Assembly: GCF_000016745.1 (NCBI RefSeq)
Contig: NC_009483.1
Location: 1,050,001-1,082,000, forward strand
Source of the DNA: Geotalea uraniireducens Rf4
Lineage (GTDB): Bacteria; Desulfobacterota; Desulfuromonadia; Geobacterales; Geobacteraceae
DNA: 32,000 nucleotides
Direction: 5' to 3'
Below, piece after piece: positions 1 through 9,193 of the stretch. Position 1 is the first letter of the stretch, and every line of letters starts with the position of its first letter. The position numbers were made by a program, and so were the translations under genes. Under the pieces are notes generated by a model that ran no database searches, had not been told where the DNA came from, and worked only from the letters and a program-made list of their open reading frames with translations.

Positions 1-142
1 TTCGATTGGTATATCAGCCGTATCCATAATAAACACGCGGAAGTAGAGCGTGTCCCCATGCGCGAATCCGAAAAAGCTGAGCCTGCCGCTAATGAGCCGG
101 CAGCGACAGAGCAGCAAAAACCCCACAGCTAAGCATCCTTCC

Positions 143-934
143 TTACCTTTCCTCCAATCGCCCGAGCAGCCTGAGCAGGCCGTCAAGAATAGTGATGGGG
201 TGCGGTGGGCAGCCGGGTATGTAGAGATCGACCGGCAGAAGGCCTTCCACGCCGTTATGGGCCTCCGACGAATCGATGAACGGCCCGCCATTGATGGCGC
301 AGGCACCGCTGGCGATGACGATCTTCGGCTCCGGCACCGCTTCGTAAGTCTTCAAGAGCGCCTCGCGCATGTTCTCCGTCACCGGGCCGGTGACGAATAT
401 CCCGTCGGCATGGCGCGGCGAGGCGACGAACTGGATGCCGAACCGCCCCAGATCGAATCCCACCGTGGAGAGTACGTTGACGTCCGCCTCGCAGGCATTG
501 CAGCCGCCGGCGCTTACCTCGCGCAGTTTGAGGGAGCGGCCGAAGAGGGAGAGCATTCGCGCATCGAGGGCCTGGGCCAGCTTCCGTTCGCACCCCTGCG
601 TGACGATCAGGTCGGCGCGGTGAGTTGCCGCCAGCTTTTCGTCGCAGCTGAAGGAAATTGCCCCGTGAGGGCAGGCCTCCGCGCATTCCGGGCAGAACAG
701 GCATTTACCCATGTCCAGGGAGAGGTTTTTCCCGGTCCCCGTTTCCAGTTCCCCGTTTCCGGTTGTAATGGCGCCGAAAGGGCAGGCATCGGCGCAGAGC
801 CGGCAGCCGGAGGGGCATGCATCTGGATTGAGGAGCGGGTAGCCGCGGAACAGCTCCGGCAGCACTGCCGGTTCAGCCGGGTATTTGATGGTGCGATGTT
901 TCTGATGGATGCGGGCGAGTATGGCTTTGAACAT
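143..934 (-). CDS. Fe-S subunit of an Ehr/Hyc-like membrane complex: 2x[4Fe-4S] ferredoxin (HycF/NuoI-like) fused to a NuoB/HycG-like small subunit
   Basis: ORF 143..952. It has ferredoxin motifs CPSGCRLCADACP and CLFCPECAEACP, followed by NuoB-type cluster motifs GGCNACE, ASGACA and YIPGCPP. I prefer the ATG at 934 (MFKAIL...), which has GAGG 8 nt upstream and resembles HycF N-termini. The GTG at 952 is the alternative start. Confidence 0.85.
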   Translation of the reverse strand: MFKAILARIHQKHRTIKYPAEPAVLPELFRGYPLLNPDACPSGCRLCADACPFGAITTGNGELETGTGKNLSLDMGKCLFCPECAEACPHGAISFSCDEKLAATHRADLIVTQGCERKLAQALDARMLSLFGRSLKLREVSAGGCNACEADVNVLSTVGFDLGRFGIQFVASPRHADGIFVTGPVTENMREALLKTYEAVPEPKIVIASGACAINGGPFIDSSEAHNGVEGLLPVDLYIPGCPPHPITILDGLLRLLGRLEER

Positions 935-1041
935 GGTTTGAACCTCGGACACATGATGCGGGCAGTTCGAGAAATTAAGAGAAACGACTTCTTTGTTGTC
1001 TTATCTATTTATATAGCTGATGTCTTCGAAAAAGTACCTAA

Positions 1042-2558
1042 TACTACTCCGACACATAGCTTGATATAATCTGTTTCATGTGATAATCTCTGCGAATGAC
1101 AACAGAGATCGTTTTCCCCGGCATCGAAGAATATATGGCTCCCTATTATGGCTATTTCCATCGGTCAGAGAGCCGTGAACTGGCAGAATGTTACTTGGCC
1201 GGCCTGCTCATGGACGGTGAGCGCAAGTCAGTTGAACCCATGTCAGAGAAGGTAAACGCATCTGAACGAAGTATGCAGCGCCTCCTTTCGACTGCCAAAT
1301 GGGACGATCAACTTGTTGCTGAGCAATTCCGCCGTTCCATGCTTGACGTCACTTCCGACCCGCAGGGGATCCTGGTTCTTGATGATACCGGGTTCCCTAA
1401 GAAAGGGTACGACAGTGTATGTGTTGCCCGGCAATACTGCGGTGCATCAGGCAAGACTGACAACTGTCAGATTGGCGTAAGCATGACGTATGTCGGCAGA
1501 GATGTCGCCTGGCCATATGCCATGGAACTGTTCGTCCCGGAATCCTGGGATCAGCAAAATGATGATTGCACCGCAAAGCGTAAAAAGGCTCACATGCCGG
1601 AGTCAGTGCACCATAAGTCAAAATGGCGCATGGCACTTGATTTTGTTGACCTGGCCCGAAAAGACAATGTTCCCCATCGTGCAGTCCTTGCTGACAGCTG
1701 GTATGGCAACATTCCGGAGTTTCGCAAGGAGCTTGAGTCCCGCAGTGAAAATTACATCCTGGGAGCTTACTCCAACACCCCGGTATTTCTTGAGGAGCCG
1801 GTCTTTGAAATTGCGCCAGTCAAAGAGCATAAGCGAGGGCGTCCACGAACTCGCCCTAAGGTAGTCTCCACAAACCCCGAACCGGTCAAGCTGTCGGTAC
1901 TGGGCGAAAGCATTGCCGATGATGCATGGCAACGGCTAGAATTGAGGCTCAATTCCAAGGACAAGCCACTTGTTGCAGAGGCCGTCTCAATGAGAGTGTG
2001 GCCGGCTCACGGATGGCGGCAGGGCAATCATCATGAACAAGTCTGGCTCCTGATAGAGCGCCGCCCCCTGAACCTGGGTGGATACGAGCTTCGCTATTTC
2101 TTCAGCAATATGCCGCAGCATCTGGCAACGATTGACCTTGCCCGCCTCTACCATGAACGTTATTGGATAGAGCATGGCTATCAACAGCTAAAGGAAGAGC
2201 TTGGCCTTGATCACCATGAAGGGCGCTCATGGAGCGGATGGCATCGACATGTGCTCCTGACGTCCCTGGCATATGGCTATCTGACACTGTTGCGTTTGCA
2301 GCAAAAAAAACAGAAGAGTGCGACAGCGCGGAGCAACTGGATTCAGAAAAAATCGACACTGGCCAACGACGCTTTGTTCTGAAAACCAAACACCTGGAAA
2401 AGTGGCGCCATCGTTGCTGTTCTCTTCGTTCCTCTGAGCGATGGAGGCGGAGGCAACGACTCAAAGGCATGCCGTCCTTGCCTGACATCAGGCATCAGAT
2501 TGCAAAGCTTCTGGTGCGAATATTGAAATGTTAAAGAACTATATGTGTCGGAGTAGTA
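1042..2558 (+). mobile_element. IS701-family insertion sequence, 1517 bp, apparently intact
   Basis: Perfect 17-bp terminal inverted repeats: TACTACTCCGACACATA at 1042-1058 and its reverse complement at 2542-2558. A 4-bp direct duplication CTAA flanks the element (1038-1041 and 2559-2562). It carries a single full-length DDE transposase ORF. Composition is visibly less GC-rich than the flanks. Confidence 0.88.
1096..2382 (+). CDS. IS701-family DDE transposase
   Basis: 428-aa ORF with the family hallmarks ERKSVEPM, LVLDDTGFPKKG, ARQYCGASGKTDNCQIGV, AVLADSWYG and the C-terminal YWIEHGYQQLKEELGLDHHEGRSWSGWHRH block. Confidence 0.88.
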   Translation: MTTEIVFPGIEEYMAPYYGYFHRSESRELAECYLAGLLMDGERKSVEPMSEKVNASERSMQRLLSTAKWDDQLVAEQFRRSMLDVTSDPQGILVLDDTGFPKKGYDSVCVARQYCGASGKTDNCQIGVSMTYVGRDVAWPYAMELFVPESWDQQNDDCTAKRKKAHMPESVHHKSKWRMALDFVDLARKDNVPHRAVLADSWYGNIPEFRKELESRSENYILGAYSNTPVFLEEPVFEIAPVKEHKRGRPRTRPKVVSTNPEPVKLSVLGESIADDAWQRLELRLNSKDKPLVAEAVSMRVWPAHGWRQGNHHEQVWLLIERRPLNLGGYELRYFFSNMPQHLATIDLARLYHERYWIEHGYQQLKEELGLDHHEGRSWSGWHRHVLLTSLAYGYLTLLRLQQKKQKSATARSNWIQKKSTLANDALF

Positions 2559-2588
2559 CTAATTGCGGCAGAATTAGTCTTGATGCAC

Positions 2589-4112
2589 CTACAGATCAAA
2601 CCCGCAATAGGAGAGGTTGAAGCTCTTGTTGCAGAGCGGGAAGTCGGAAATCTGCTGACCGCGCAGGGCCATGGCCAAGCCGGGCCAGTTGTGAAACGAC
2701 GGGTCGACGATCTTGTAGCGGCTGAAATGGCCTGCCTTGTCGGTGATGGCCACGTGGCAGACCTCGCCCCGCCACCCTTCGGTCAGGGCCACGGCAATGT
2801 GCTCCCCGGCCGGTGAGGCGATGCCGTTCCGATAGGGACCGCTCGGCAGCTGACGTAGCTGCTCTTCGAGAAAATCCAGGGATTTCTCCGCCTCCAGCCA
2901 CCTGACCAGGGTGCGGGCGTAGACGTCGCCGCTCTTGGCGGTGACCACCGGTATCTGGCTCATCTGGTAGATGCCGTAGGGGAAGTCCTGGCGCACATCC
3001 ATGGCCATGCCGCAGGCACGTGCAGGAGGACCGGTCAGGGCGAGCTCCCTGGCGGTGCCGACGGAAACGGTGCCGGTGTTTTCCAGCCTTGCCAATACCG
3101 ACGGCGTGGTCCACATGAGGTCTACGGCGTTGAAGAGGTCGGCCCGGGCAGCTGCCAGGCGCTGCAAGAGGTCGTCCGCCTGCTTCTGGCTGCAATCGAA
3201 GCCGCTTCCACCGGGGCGGAGCAGTCCGCGGCTGAAGCGGCTGCCGCAGAGGACGGCGCTCATATTGAGAAAATCCCCCCTGATCCGGCCGCAGAAGGAG
3301 GATGTGGGGAGATAGCCGGTGTCGCCGGCAATGGCGCCCAGATCGCCGGTGTGGTTGGCGAGCCGCTCCAGTTCCAGTGCGATGCCGCGGATTACCCCGC
3401 CTTTGGCGGGTATGCGGCGGCCGGCCAGGGCTTCGAGGATCAGGCAGTAGGCCCAGGTGTGGGCTACGGTGCTGTCCCCTGCGCCGGTCTCCATCTGGTA
3501 GACTGTTTTAGTCTGCGGGCCGCCGATCAGTCCCGCTTCGATCCCCCGGTGCTGGAAGCCCAAGGCTATCTCCAGGTGAAAGACCTCTTCGCCGTGGCAT
3601 TGGAAGCGGAAGTGCCCCGGTTCGATGACCCCGGCGTGGACAGGTCCGACCGCCACTTCATGGACCTCTTCACCCTCCACCCGGTAAAAGTCGGTGACAC
3701 CCGGCAGGATCTGCACTGCTGCATCCCGTCCCCAGGCGTCGCGGGCGGGGTGGAACGAGCGGTGGAAGCGGACCGGCTTGAACCAGGGGTGCCCTTCCGG
3801 GACGATTCCGAACTGTTCGGCTATCTCCCGTTCAAAGAGGTTTGCCTGGGGGCAGTAGGGGGTGATGGAGGGAAAGGATTCGCCGCACTGGGTGCGCATG
3901 ATTCCCATCACCCCGTCGGCCTTGGCCGAGAGCACGGCATAGAGGGTCACGCCCGGCCCGTTCTCTTCGCCGAACAGGGCGGAGATCCGCCAGCCGCGGT
4001 CCGCGGCATTGATGATTCCCTGGAGAAAATCCTCCAGTTTGACCGTCGGCACCGCTGCCAGCGGGAGAGCCTCGCCGTTATAGAATGTCTTCATGGAGAA
4101 ATTATCGGTCAT
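2589..4112 (-). CDS. Fused NuoC+NuoD-like 'large subunit' (HycE/HyfG-like) lacking the NiFe cysteine ligands (Ehr type)
   Basis: Start is taken at MTDNFSMKTF (ATG 4110-4112), which overlaps the upstream stop as ATGA. The longer ORF up to 4469 is an Arg/Pro-rich shadow. The conserved GPVHAGVIEPGHFRF and GFQHRGIE blocks are present. The CxxC motif positions read ETGAGDSTVAH (3459-3491) and SFNLSYCGFDL (2592-2624). Confidence 0.85.
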   Translation of the reverse strand: MTDNFSMKTFYNGEALPLAAVPTVKLEDFLQGIINAADRGWRISALFGEENGPGVTLYAVLSAKADGVMGIMRTQCGESFPSITPYCPQANLFEREIAEQFGIVPEGHPWFKPVRFHRSFHPARDAWGRDAAVQILPGVTDFYRVEGEEVHEVAVGPVHAGVIEPGHFRFQCHGEEVFHLEIALGFQHRGIEAGLIGGPQTKTVYQMETGAGDSTVAHTWAYCLILEALAGRRIPAKGGVIRGIALELERLANHTGDLGAIAGDTGYLPTSSFCGRIRGDFLNMSAVLCGSRFSRGLLRPGGSGFDCSQKQADDLLQRLAAARADLFNAVDLMWTTPSVLARLENTGTVSVGTARELALTGPPARACGMAMDVRQDFPYGIYQMSQIPVVTAKSGDVYARTLVRWLEAEKSLDFLEEQLRQLPSGPYRNGIASPAGEHIAVALTEGWRGEVCHVAITDKAGHFSRYKIVDPSFHNWPGLAMALRGQQISDFPLCNKSFNLSYCGFDL

Positions 4113-5542
4113 CGCCGCACCTCCAGGAGTTGGGCGGACTGCTGCAGAAGCTCCTTGAGCGGCGCGGGGAGCCAGAGGCCGAGCATGAGGATGATCCCCA
4201 TCAGGAACAGCGGCGGGGCAACGGTGAGGAGCCGGTCGCGGTAATTGCTCTTGACCACGGCTGGGGAAGTTTTTCCCATTACCACAGGCAGCACGCTGGA
4301 TGCCATGCCGAAAAAGATGATGGCGAGAAAGAGGAGGAACAGGGTGCCGATCAGCATCTTTCCCTGGCCGAAGATACTGCTGATGATGGAGAATTCGCTG
4401 AGAAATGGGCTGAACGGCGGGGAGCCGGTAATGGCGATGAAGCCTGCCAGGAAAAGTCCGGCTGACCATGGAACCCGCTGCAACGCCCCTTTCACCAGTT
4501 CACAGTTCTTGCTCCCATAGGCGCGGTGGATGTTGCCTGAAGAGAGGAACAGCACACCCTTTGTGAGTCCGTTGTTTATCACGTGAAAAAGCGCCCCGAA
4601 CAGGGCATCGCCGCCGATCCCCAGGGCGATGGCCAAAATTCCCACGTGCTCGACGCTGGAATAGGCGAGCATCCTCTTGAAATCGGCCTGCCGCACGACA
4701 AATACGGCGGCAAAGGCCATGGAAACCAACCCCATGACAATCATGGCGTTGTGGTAGAAGACCGTATCGTTCGCCCTCATGCAGATTTGGTAAATCCTGA
4801 TGATGGCGAGGAAAGCGCAGTTAACCAGCCCGCCTGCCAGGAGCGCCCCCACGAGGCCGGGCGCCTCGCCGTAGGCGTCGGGTTTCCAGGTGTGGAGTGG
4901 CGCCAGCCCCATCTTGGTGCCGAAGCCGACCAGGAGAAAGACGAAGGCGGCGTTGAGCCATGCCGGTGAAAGCCTGTCTGCGGAGGCGATGAGCGGCTCC
5001 AGGAGGAGGGTTGCCTCCTGGTGGGCGACAATGGTGGAATAGGCGAGGAAGAATAGCCCCAGGAGCGCCAGGGCGATTCCAACCGAGCAGATCAGCATGT
5101 ATTTCCAGGTCGCCTCGATGGATCGGGCGTTGCGATTGAAGTAAATGAGGGGCGCCATGGCCAGGGTGGTGGTTTCGAGGGCGACCCACAGGAGCCCCAG
5201 GTGATGGGAGACGGTGACCAGGGTCATGGCGGAAAGACAGACCAGGAGCCCCATGCAGAGCACCCTGTTCGAGCGTTCCTGGCGGTAGGCGAGGTAGCCG
5301 ATCGCGTAAAAGGCGCAGACCGCGAAAAGGATCGTGATAGTTCCCAGGAACAGCTTGCCGATCGGATCAAGGTTTATCCAGCCATCGGGCGAAGGAAGGG
5401 GCGTGGAGATAAGTGCATCCGCAACCAGTGTCAGGTGCAAAACTGCAAATACCGGTAGCACCAGCGGCCGGTGGCGGTTGGAGGGGATGAACCATGCCAG
5501 CAGCGCGCCGACCATGGGGAGCAGAACCAGGCTGTAAAACAT
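4109..5542 (-). CDS. NuoN/HyfF-like antiporter-type membrane subunit
   Basis: 477-aa polytopic membrane ORF with the proton-conducting transporter core (WKPDAYGEAP, LAYSSVEHVG). Tightly packed within the operon. Confidence 0.85.
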   Translation of the reverse strand: MFYSLVLLPMVGALLAWFIPSNRHRPLVLPVFAVLHLTLVADALISTPLPSPDGWINLDPIGKLFLGTITILFAVCAFYAIGYLAYRQERSNRVLCMGLLVCLSAMTLVTVSHHLGLLWVALETTTLAMAPLIYFNRNARSIEATWKYMLICSVGIALALLGLFFLAYSTIVAHQEATLLLEPLIASADRLSPAWLNAAFVFLLVGFGTKMGLAPLHTWKPDAYGEAPGLVGALLAGGLVNCAFLAIIRIYQICMRANDTVFYHNAMIVMGLVSMAFAAVFVVRQADFKRMLAYSSVEHVGILAIALGIGGDALFGALFHVINNGLTKGVLFLSSGNIHRAYGSKNCELVKGALQRVPWSAGLFLAGFIAITGSPPFSPFLSEFSIISSIFGQGKMLIGTLFLLFLAIIFFGMASSVLPVVMGKTSPAVVKSNYRDRLLTVAPPLFLMGIILMLGLWLPAPLKELLQQSAQLLEVRR

Positions 5543-5546
5543 CGCG

Positions 5547-6185
5547 TTACTCCTTCAGGGCGGTCAGCCGCGAGGTGTCGATGGTGGAAAATTCGTTGCT
5601 TATATGGTTGATGACTATGCCCATGACAAAAATACCGACCAGGAGGTCGAGGAGTGCCCCGGCTTCGACCATGACCGGCATCGCCGAGGTCAGGAGCAGG
5701 CCGAAGATGAAAATGCCGTTTTCCAGGATCAGGTAGCCGATTACCTGGCTGATGGCCTTGCGCCGGGTGGTGAGGGTGAGAAAACCGGTAATTATGGTGG
5801 CTATGGATGCAGGTACGAAGAGCAGCCCCTGATGCTCCTGGGCCAGCGGCAGCTTGGCGGCAAACACAAAAGCGAGTGCTGTAGTGATGGCGACGATGAT
5901 CAGCGTGGAGACGTAGCCGATGTACGGCTCGACCTCCCGCTTGATCTGCACCTTGTTCATGGCACCGAAAAGGAGCCAGGGGATGAAGAGTCCCTTCGCC
6001 AGGATCATGCCGACAATGATGGCGATCAGGTGCCAGGAAAAGGTGTGGATGATCGCCGGCAGCACGCCGAGCACAACCCCCTGCACTGCGACGGCGCGGA
6101 TGGCGATGGCCATCCGGCTTGAGCCGAGCACGAGAAAATTGATCAGCATGACGAGAACGAGCAATTGATCGGCAAATTCAGTCAT
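5547..6185 (-). CDS. HyfE-like small membrane subunit (NuoK-like repeats)
   Basis: Start is taken at MTEFADQLLVLVML (ATG 6183-6185), 2 nt after the upstream stop. The 212-aa protein is all hydrophobic helices. The remainder of the 725-aa track ORF is an Arg/Pro-rich shadow over the upstream genes. Confidence 0.8.
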   Translation of the reverse strand: MTEFADQLLVLVMLINFLVLGSSRMAIAIRAVAVQGVVLGVLPAIIHTFSWHLIAIIVGMILAKGLFIPWLLFGAMNKVQIKREVEPYIGYVSTLIIVAITTALAFVFAAKLPLAQEHQGLLFVPASIATIITGFLTLTTRRKAISQVIGYLILENGIFIFGLLLTSAMPVMVEAGALLDLLVGIFVMGIVINHISNEFSTIDTSRLTALKE

Positions 6186-6187
6186 AA

Positions 6188-7096
6188 TCACCTCAGAATT
6201 AAGAGCATGGAAAAGGCGGAGAGGATACAGGCGGCCACCAGCAGTTGGGGAATGCGCAGCAGCCGTAGACGGGCCATGATAGACTCCACTACACCGATGG
6301 TCACTGCCAGCCCCAGCATCGACAGGATGAATACCCCCCAGTCGAGGATGGCGTTGCCGGTTTTGAGCGGCAGGGCGATGTGAATGAAGAACGCCCCGAA
6401 TACGAACAGTTTCAAAGCGGCGCCGTAAAGGATGTAGGCAAAGGCCGGCCCGCTGTGGTCCAGAACCATGACTTCGTGGATCATGGTCAGCTCCAGGTGG
6501 GTAGTCGGGTCGTCGAACGGGATGCGGCAGTTTTCCGCCAGAAGGACGATGAACATCCCCCCGACCAGCAGCAACAGCGCTGCGCCGGCGCTGAACCAGA
6601 GGGAGAGGGAGAGCGTGGTCAGCATGGGCGAAAGGGACAACGAGCCGCTCAGCCGGCTCAGGGTCATCAGGGCGAAAAACAAGGTCGGTTCGGCGAGACA
6701 GGCAAAGGTGACCTCGCGAGCCGCCCCCATCCCTTCGAAGCTGGAGCCGGTGTCGAGCGCTGCCGTGGTGGTGAAGAACCGTCCCAGAGCAAACAGGTAG
6801 GCGAACAGTATCATGTCGCCGGCAAAAGAAATGGGGGAAAGGTGGTTCCCCAGCGGGATCAGGAGCGCCGCAACCAGGGTGGCGGCAAGGGTGATGATCG
6901 GCCCGGCCCTGAATATCCAGGTGGTGGTGTCGCTGAAAACCGAACCCTTGCGGATCAGTTTTGCCAGGTCGTAGTAAGGCTGGAGGAACGGAGCCCCGAC
7001 CCTTCCGGCAAACGCCGCCTTGGTCTTGCCGATCACCCCCAGAAGGAGTGGCGGCATGAAGATGGTCAGGAGCATATGGATCAGGATGTCGGTCAT
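6188..7096 (-). CDS. NuoH/HyfC/HycD-like membrane subunit
   Basis: 302-aa polytopic ORF. It has PLLLGVIGKTKAAFAGRVGAP..LQPYYDL and ENCRIPFDDPTTHLELTMIHE, typical of formate hydrogenlyase subunit 4 / NuoH. Confidence 0.85.
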   Translation of the reverse strand: MTDILIHMLLTIFMPPLLLGVIGKTKAAFAGRVGAPFLQPYYDLAKLIRKGSVFSDTTTWIFRAGPIITLAATLVAALLIPLGNHLSPISFAGDMILFAYLFALGRFFTTTAALDTGSSFEGMGAAREVTFACLAEPTLFFALMTLSRLSGSLSLSPMLTTLSLSLWFSAGAALLLLVGGMFIVLLAENCRIPFDDPTTHLELTMIHEVMVLDHSGPAFAYILYGAALKLFVFGAFFIHIALPLKTGNAILDWGVFILSMLGLAVTIGVVESIMARLRLLRIPQLLVAACILSAFSMLLILR

Positions 7097-7147
7097 AACA
7101 GTAACCTCTCGCTGCCGGTCGATTTCTTGGCCCTTGTGTTCGGCATT

Positions 7148-9157
7148 TTAATGGGCCCAGACCATGAGCAGCACCAGGGTGATGAAGATGTAGAGCACAT
7201 AGAGGCTTTGCTCTCCGTTCTGCAAACGTCGAAAAAAGGAAAAAACGATGCCGGTGACGCGCAGAAAAGGGAGTATCACCACATCCAGTACCGTTTCGGG
7301 AATGCGGCTGGAAAATCCCGCAGAAGCTGGTAAAAAGCCGGTTATTTTCGGCAGTGCGTAGCGGGGCTGAAGTGTGCCGCGAAAGAGGCGGACCAGTATT
7401 TCCGCAAATGATGTGGAGGTATACTGCATCCGCACCGTCGGTTGCAGGTAGCCGCACCCCCATGTGGTGGCGCTTGCCGGCGGAATGCTCTTCAGCCGCC
7501 GGTAGTAGCCGGCGGCGAGAAGGGCGGCGGCGATAATCAATGCTGTGCCAATGAAGCCGATCCAGCCGAGAGGGGCTTGGGTAGTGATGCCGCTGCCGGC
7601 GGCGACCAGCGAAGGGAAAACCGCATACACCGCGGGCTGGACAAGATGCGCTGCATACTGGGGCAGAAGGCCGATGACCAGGCAGCAGAGGGCCAGGAGG
7701 CCCATGGCTGCAGGCATCTGCCACGGAGCATCGTGGCCCTGTTCCGCTTCCGCAGAGCGGGGGGCGCCGAGAAACGCCACCCCGTAAACTTTGACAAAAC
7801 AGGCGAGGGCCAGAGCACCGATCAGGGCGAGTGCGGTTACGGCGAGGCCCATGCCGAGAAGGATCGGGGCGGCACCGTCTTTTACGCCTGAGAAGAAGCC
7901 GAAGTAGAGCAGGTATTCGGATATGAAGCCGTTCAGTGGGGGGAGCCCGCAGATGGCCATGGCTCCAATCAGGAAGAGGGGCGCGGTGCGGGGCATGCGC
8001 CGGGCCAATCCCCCCATGCGATTGAGTTCCCTGGTGCCGACGGAGTGAATCAGCGCTCCGCTGCCGAGAAACAGCAGCGATTTGAACAGCGAGTGATTGA
8101 GGACGTGGAGCAGCGCTCCACCCATCCCCAGAAGCACCAGGGTCTGGTTGCCGATCGACTGGCCGATGACGGCGGCGCCGATTCCCATGGTGATGATGCC
8201 GATATTTTCAATGCTGCTGTAGGCAAGGATACGCTTGATGTCGTTCTGGCCGATAGCCGAGATGATCCCGGTTACTCCGGAAATGATGCCGAGTCCGAGT
8301 ATGACTGCTCCCCACCAGGTTGGCACAGGGTAGAAGAGAGATATAATCCTGATAATGCCGTAGATGCCCATCTTGAGCATGACCCCCGACATCATGGCGG
8401 ATACGTGGCTCGGCCCGTTGGCATGGGCGGCAGGGAGCCAGATATGAAGCGGCATGATGCCGGCCTTCATGCCGAAACCAAAGAGGGCGGCGAAAAATAT
8501 GACCGCTGCTCCCGGTGCGAGCGGATTAAGGGATGCTGTCGACGCGAACTGAAACGAACCGGTCATGGTCCGAAGCAGGATAAACATGACAAACAGCGCC
8601 ATGGTTCCTGCATGGGTGCAAACCAGGTAGAGCATTCCAGCTTTGCGCACTTCGGCATTCCCGCTTTCCACGGTAAAGGCAAAATAGGCGGAAAGGGCCA
8701 TGACTTCCCATGCCATGAGGAAAAACACGCTGTTACGGGCGATAATGAGAAGGGCCATCGATGCGGAAAGAATGCCGATGAAAAAGCAGAGGGCGCGTGA
8801 AGTGGCGGGAAGTTTTGCTGCCGGCCAATAGCCGTTGGCATATACTGCGCTACAGCCGGAAATAAGAAAGACCGACAGGAGGAAGAGTGCGGCAAGGGGG
8901 TCGATGCCGATTTCACAAGGTCCGAAGGGGAGGCTCCAGTTAACGACGAAGATTTCCGTTTCGCCGGAGGCAATGGTTGAGAAGGCTCCGGCCAGTCCGC
9001 ACAGTGCGCCGACGCATGCAAAGGCTGTGGCCAGTTTCTGGCCGAATGCAGCAGCATTTTTCAGGAAAAGTCCAGGAACTCCGGAGAAACCGGTCAGGAT
9101 GAGTCCAGTTATGATGAGAAAAGCAGGGTCAACCAGCTTCCCCGCGGTGGTGGTCAT
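7148..9157 (-). CDS. NuoL/HyfB-like antiporter-type membrane subunit
   Basis: 669-aa polytopic ORF with the conserved core (HIWLPAAHANGPSHVSA, ILAYSSIENIG, LLHVLNHSLFKSLLFL). Confidence 0.88.
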   Translation of the reverse strand: MTTTAGKLVDPAFLIITGLILTGFSGVPGLFLKNAAAFGQKLATAFACVGALCGLAGAFSTIASGETEIFVVNWSLPFGPCEIGIDPLAALFLLSVFLISGCSAVYANGYWPAAKLPATSRALCFFIGILSASMALLIIARNSVFFLMAWEVMALSAYFAFTVESGNAEVRKAGMLYLVCTHAGTMALFVMFILLRTMTGSFQFASTASLNPLAPGAAVIFFAALFGFGMKAGIMPLHIWLPAAHANGPSHVSAMMSGVMLKMGIYGIIRIISLFYPVPTWWGAVILGLGIISGVTGIISAIGQNDIKRILAYSSIENIGIITMGIGAAVIGQSIGNQTLVLLGMGGALLHVLNHSLFKSLLFLGSGALIHSVGTRELNRMGGLARRMPRTAPLFLIGAMAICGLPPLNGFISEYLLYFGFFSGVKDGAAPILLGMGLAVTALALIGALALACFVKVYGVAFLGAPRSAEAEQGHDAPWQMPAAMGLLALCCLVIGLLPQYAAHLVQPAVYAVFPSLVAAGSGITTQAPLGWIGFIGTALIIAAALLAAGYYRRLKSIPPASATTWGCGYLQPTVRMQYTSTSFAEILVRLFRGTLQPRYALPKITGFLPASAGFSSRIPETVLDVVILPFLRVTGIVFSFFRRLQNGEQSLYVLYIFITLVLLMVWAH

Positions 9158-9193
9158 GCGTTGTGCTCCTTCCAGGGTTATTGCGGGAGTGGT

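Noticed and set aside
1-142. Possible start of another minus-strand gene downstream of the small-subunit gene (ATG at 59 or 130)
   Set aside because: The candidates are very short or truncated by the window edge, with no SD and no recognisable motif. They cannot be supported.
1042-1058. Possible relationship between the IS inverted repeat and the MITE termini (shared TCCGACA core)
   Set aside because: Only a 7-nt core is shared and the flanking bases differ. That is insufficient to claim this IS mobilises the MITE.
50-1069. 339-aa plus-strand ORF, and similar long ORFs antisense to the hydrogenase-like genes (3351..4244, 6380..7333, 8045..8800, the N-terminal 500 aa of 5547..7724, 4469..4113 extension)
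   Set aside because: These are Arg/Pro/Gly/His-rich translations with no motifs. They lie opposite or upstream of ORFs with clear family signatures. They are the typical shadow ORFs of GC-rich DNA.
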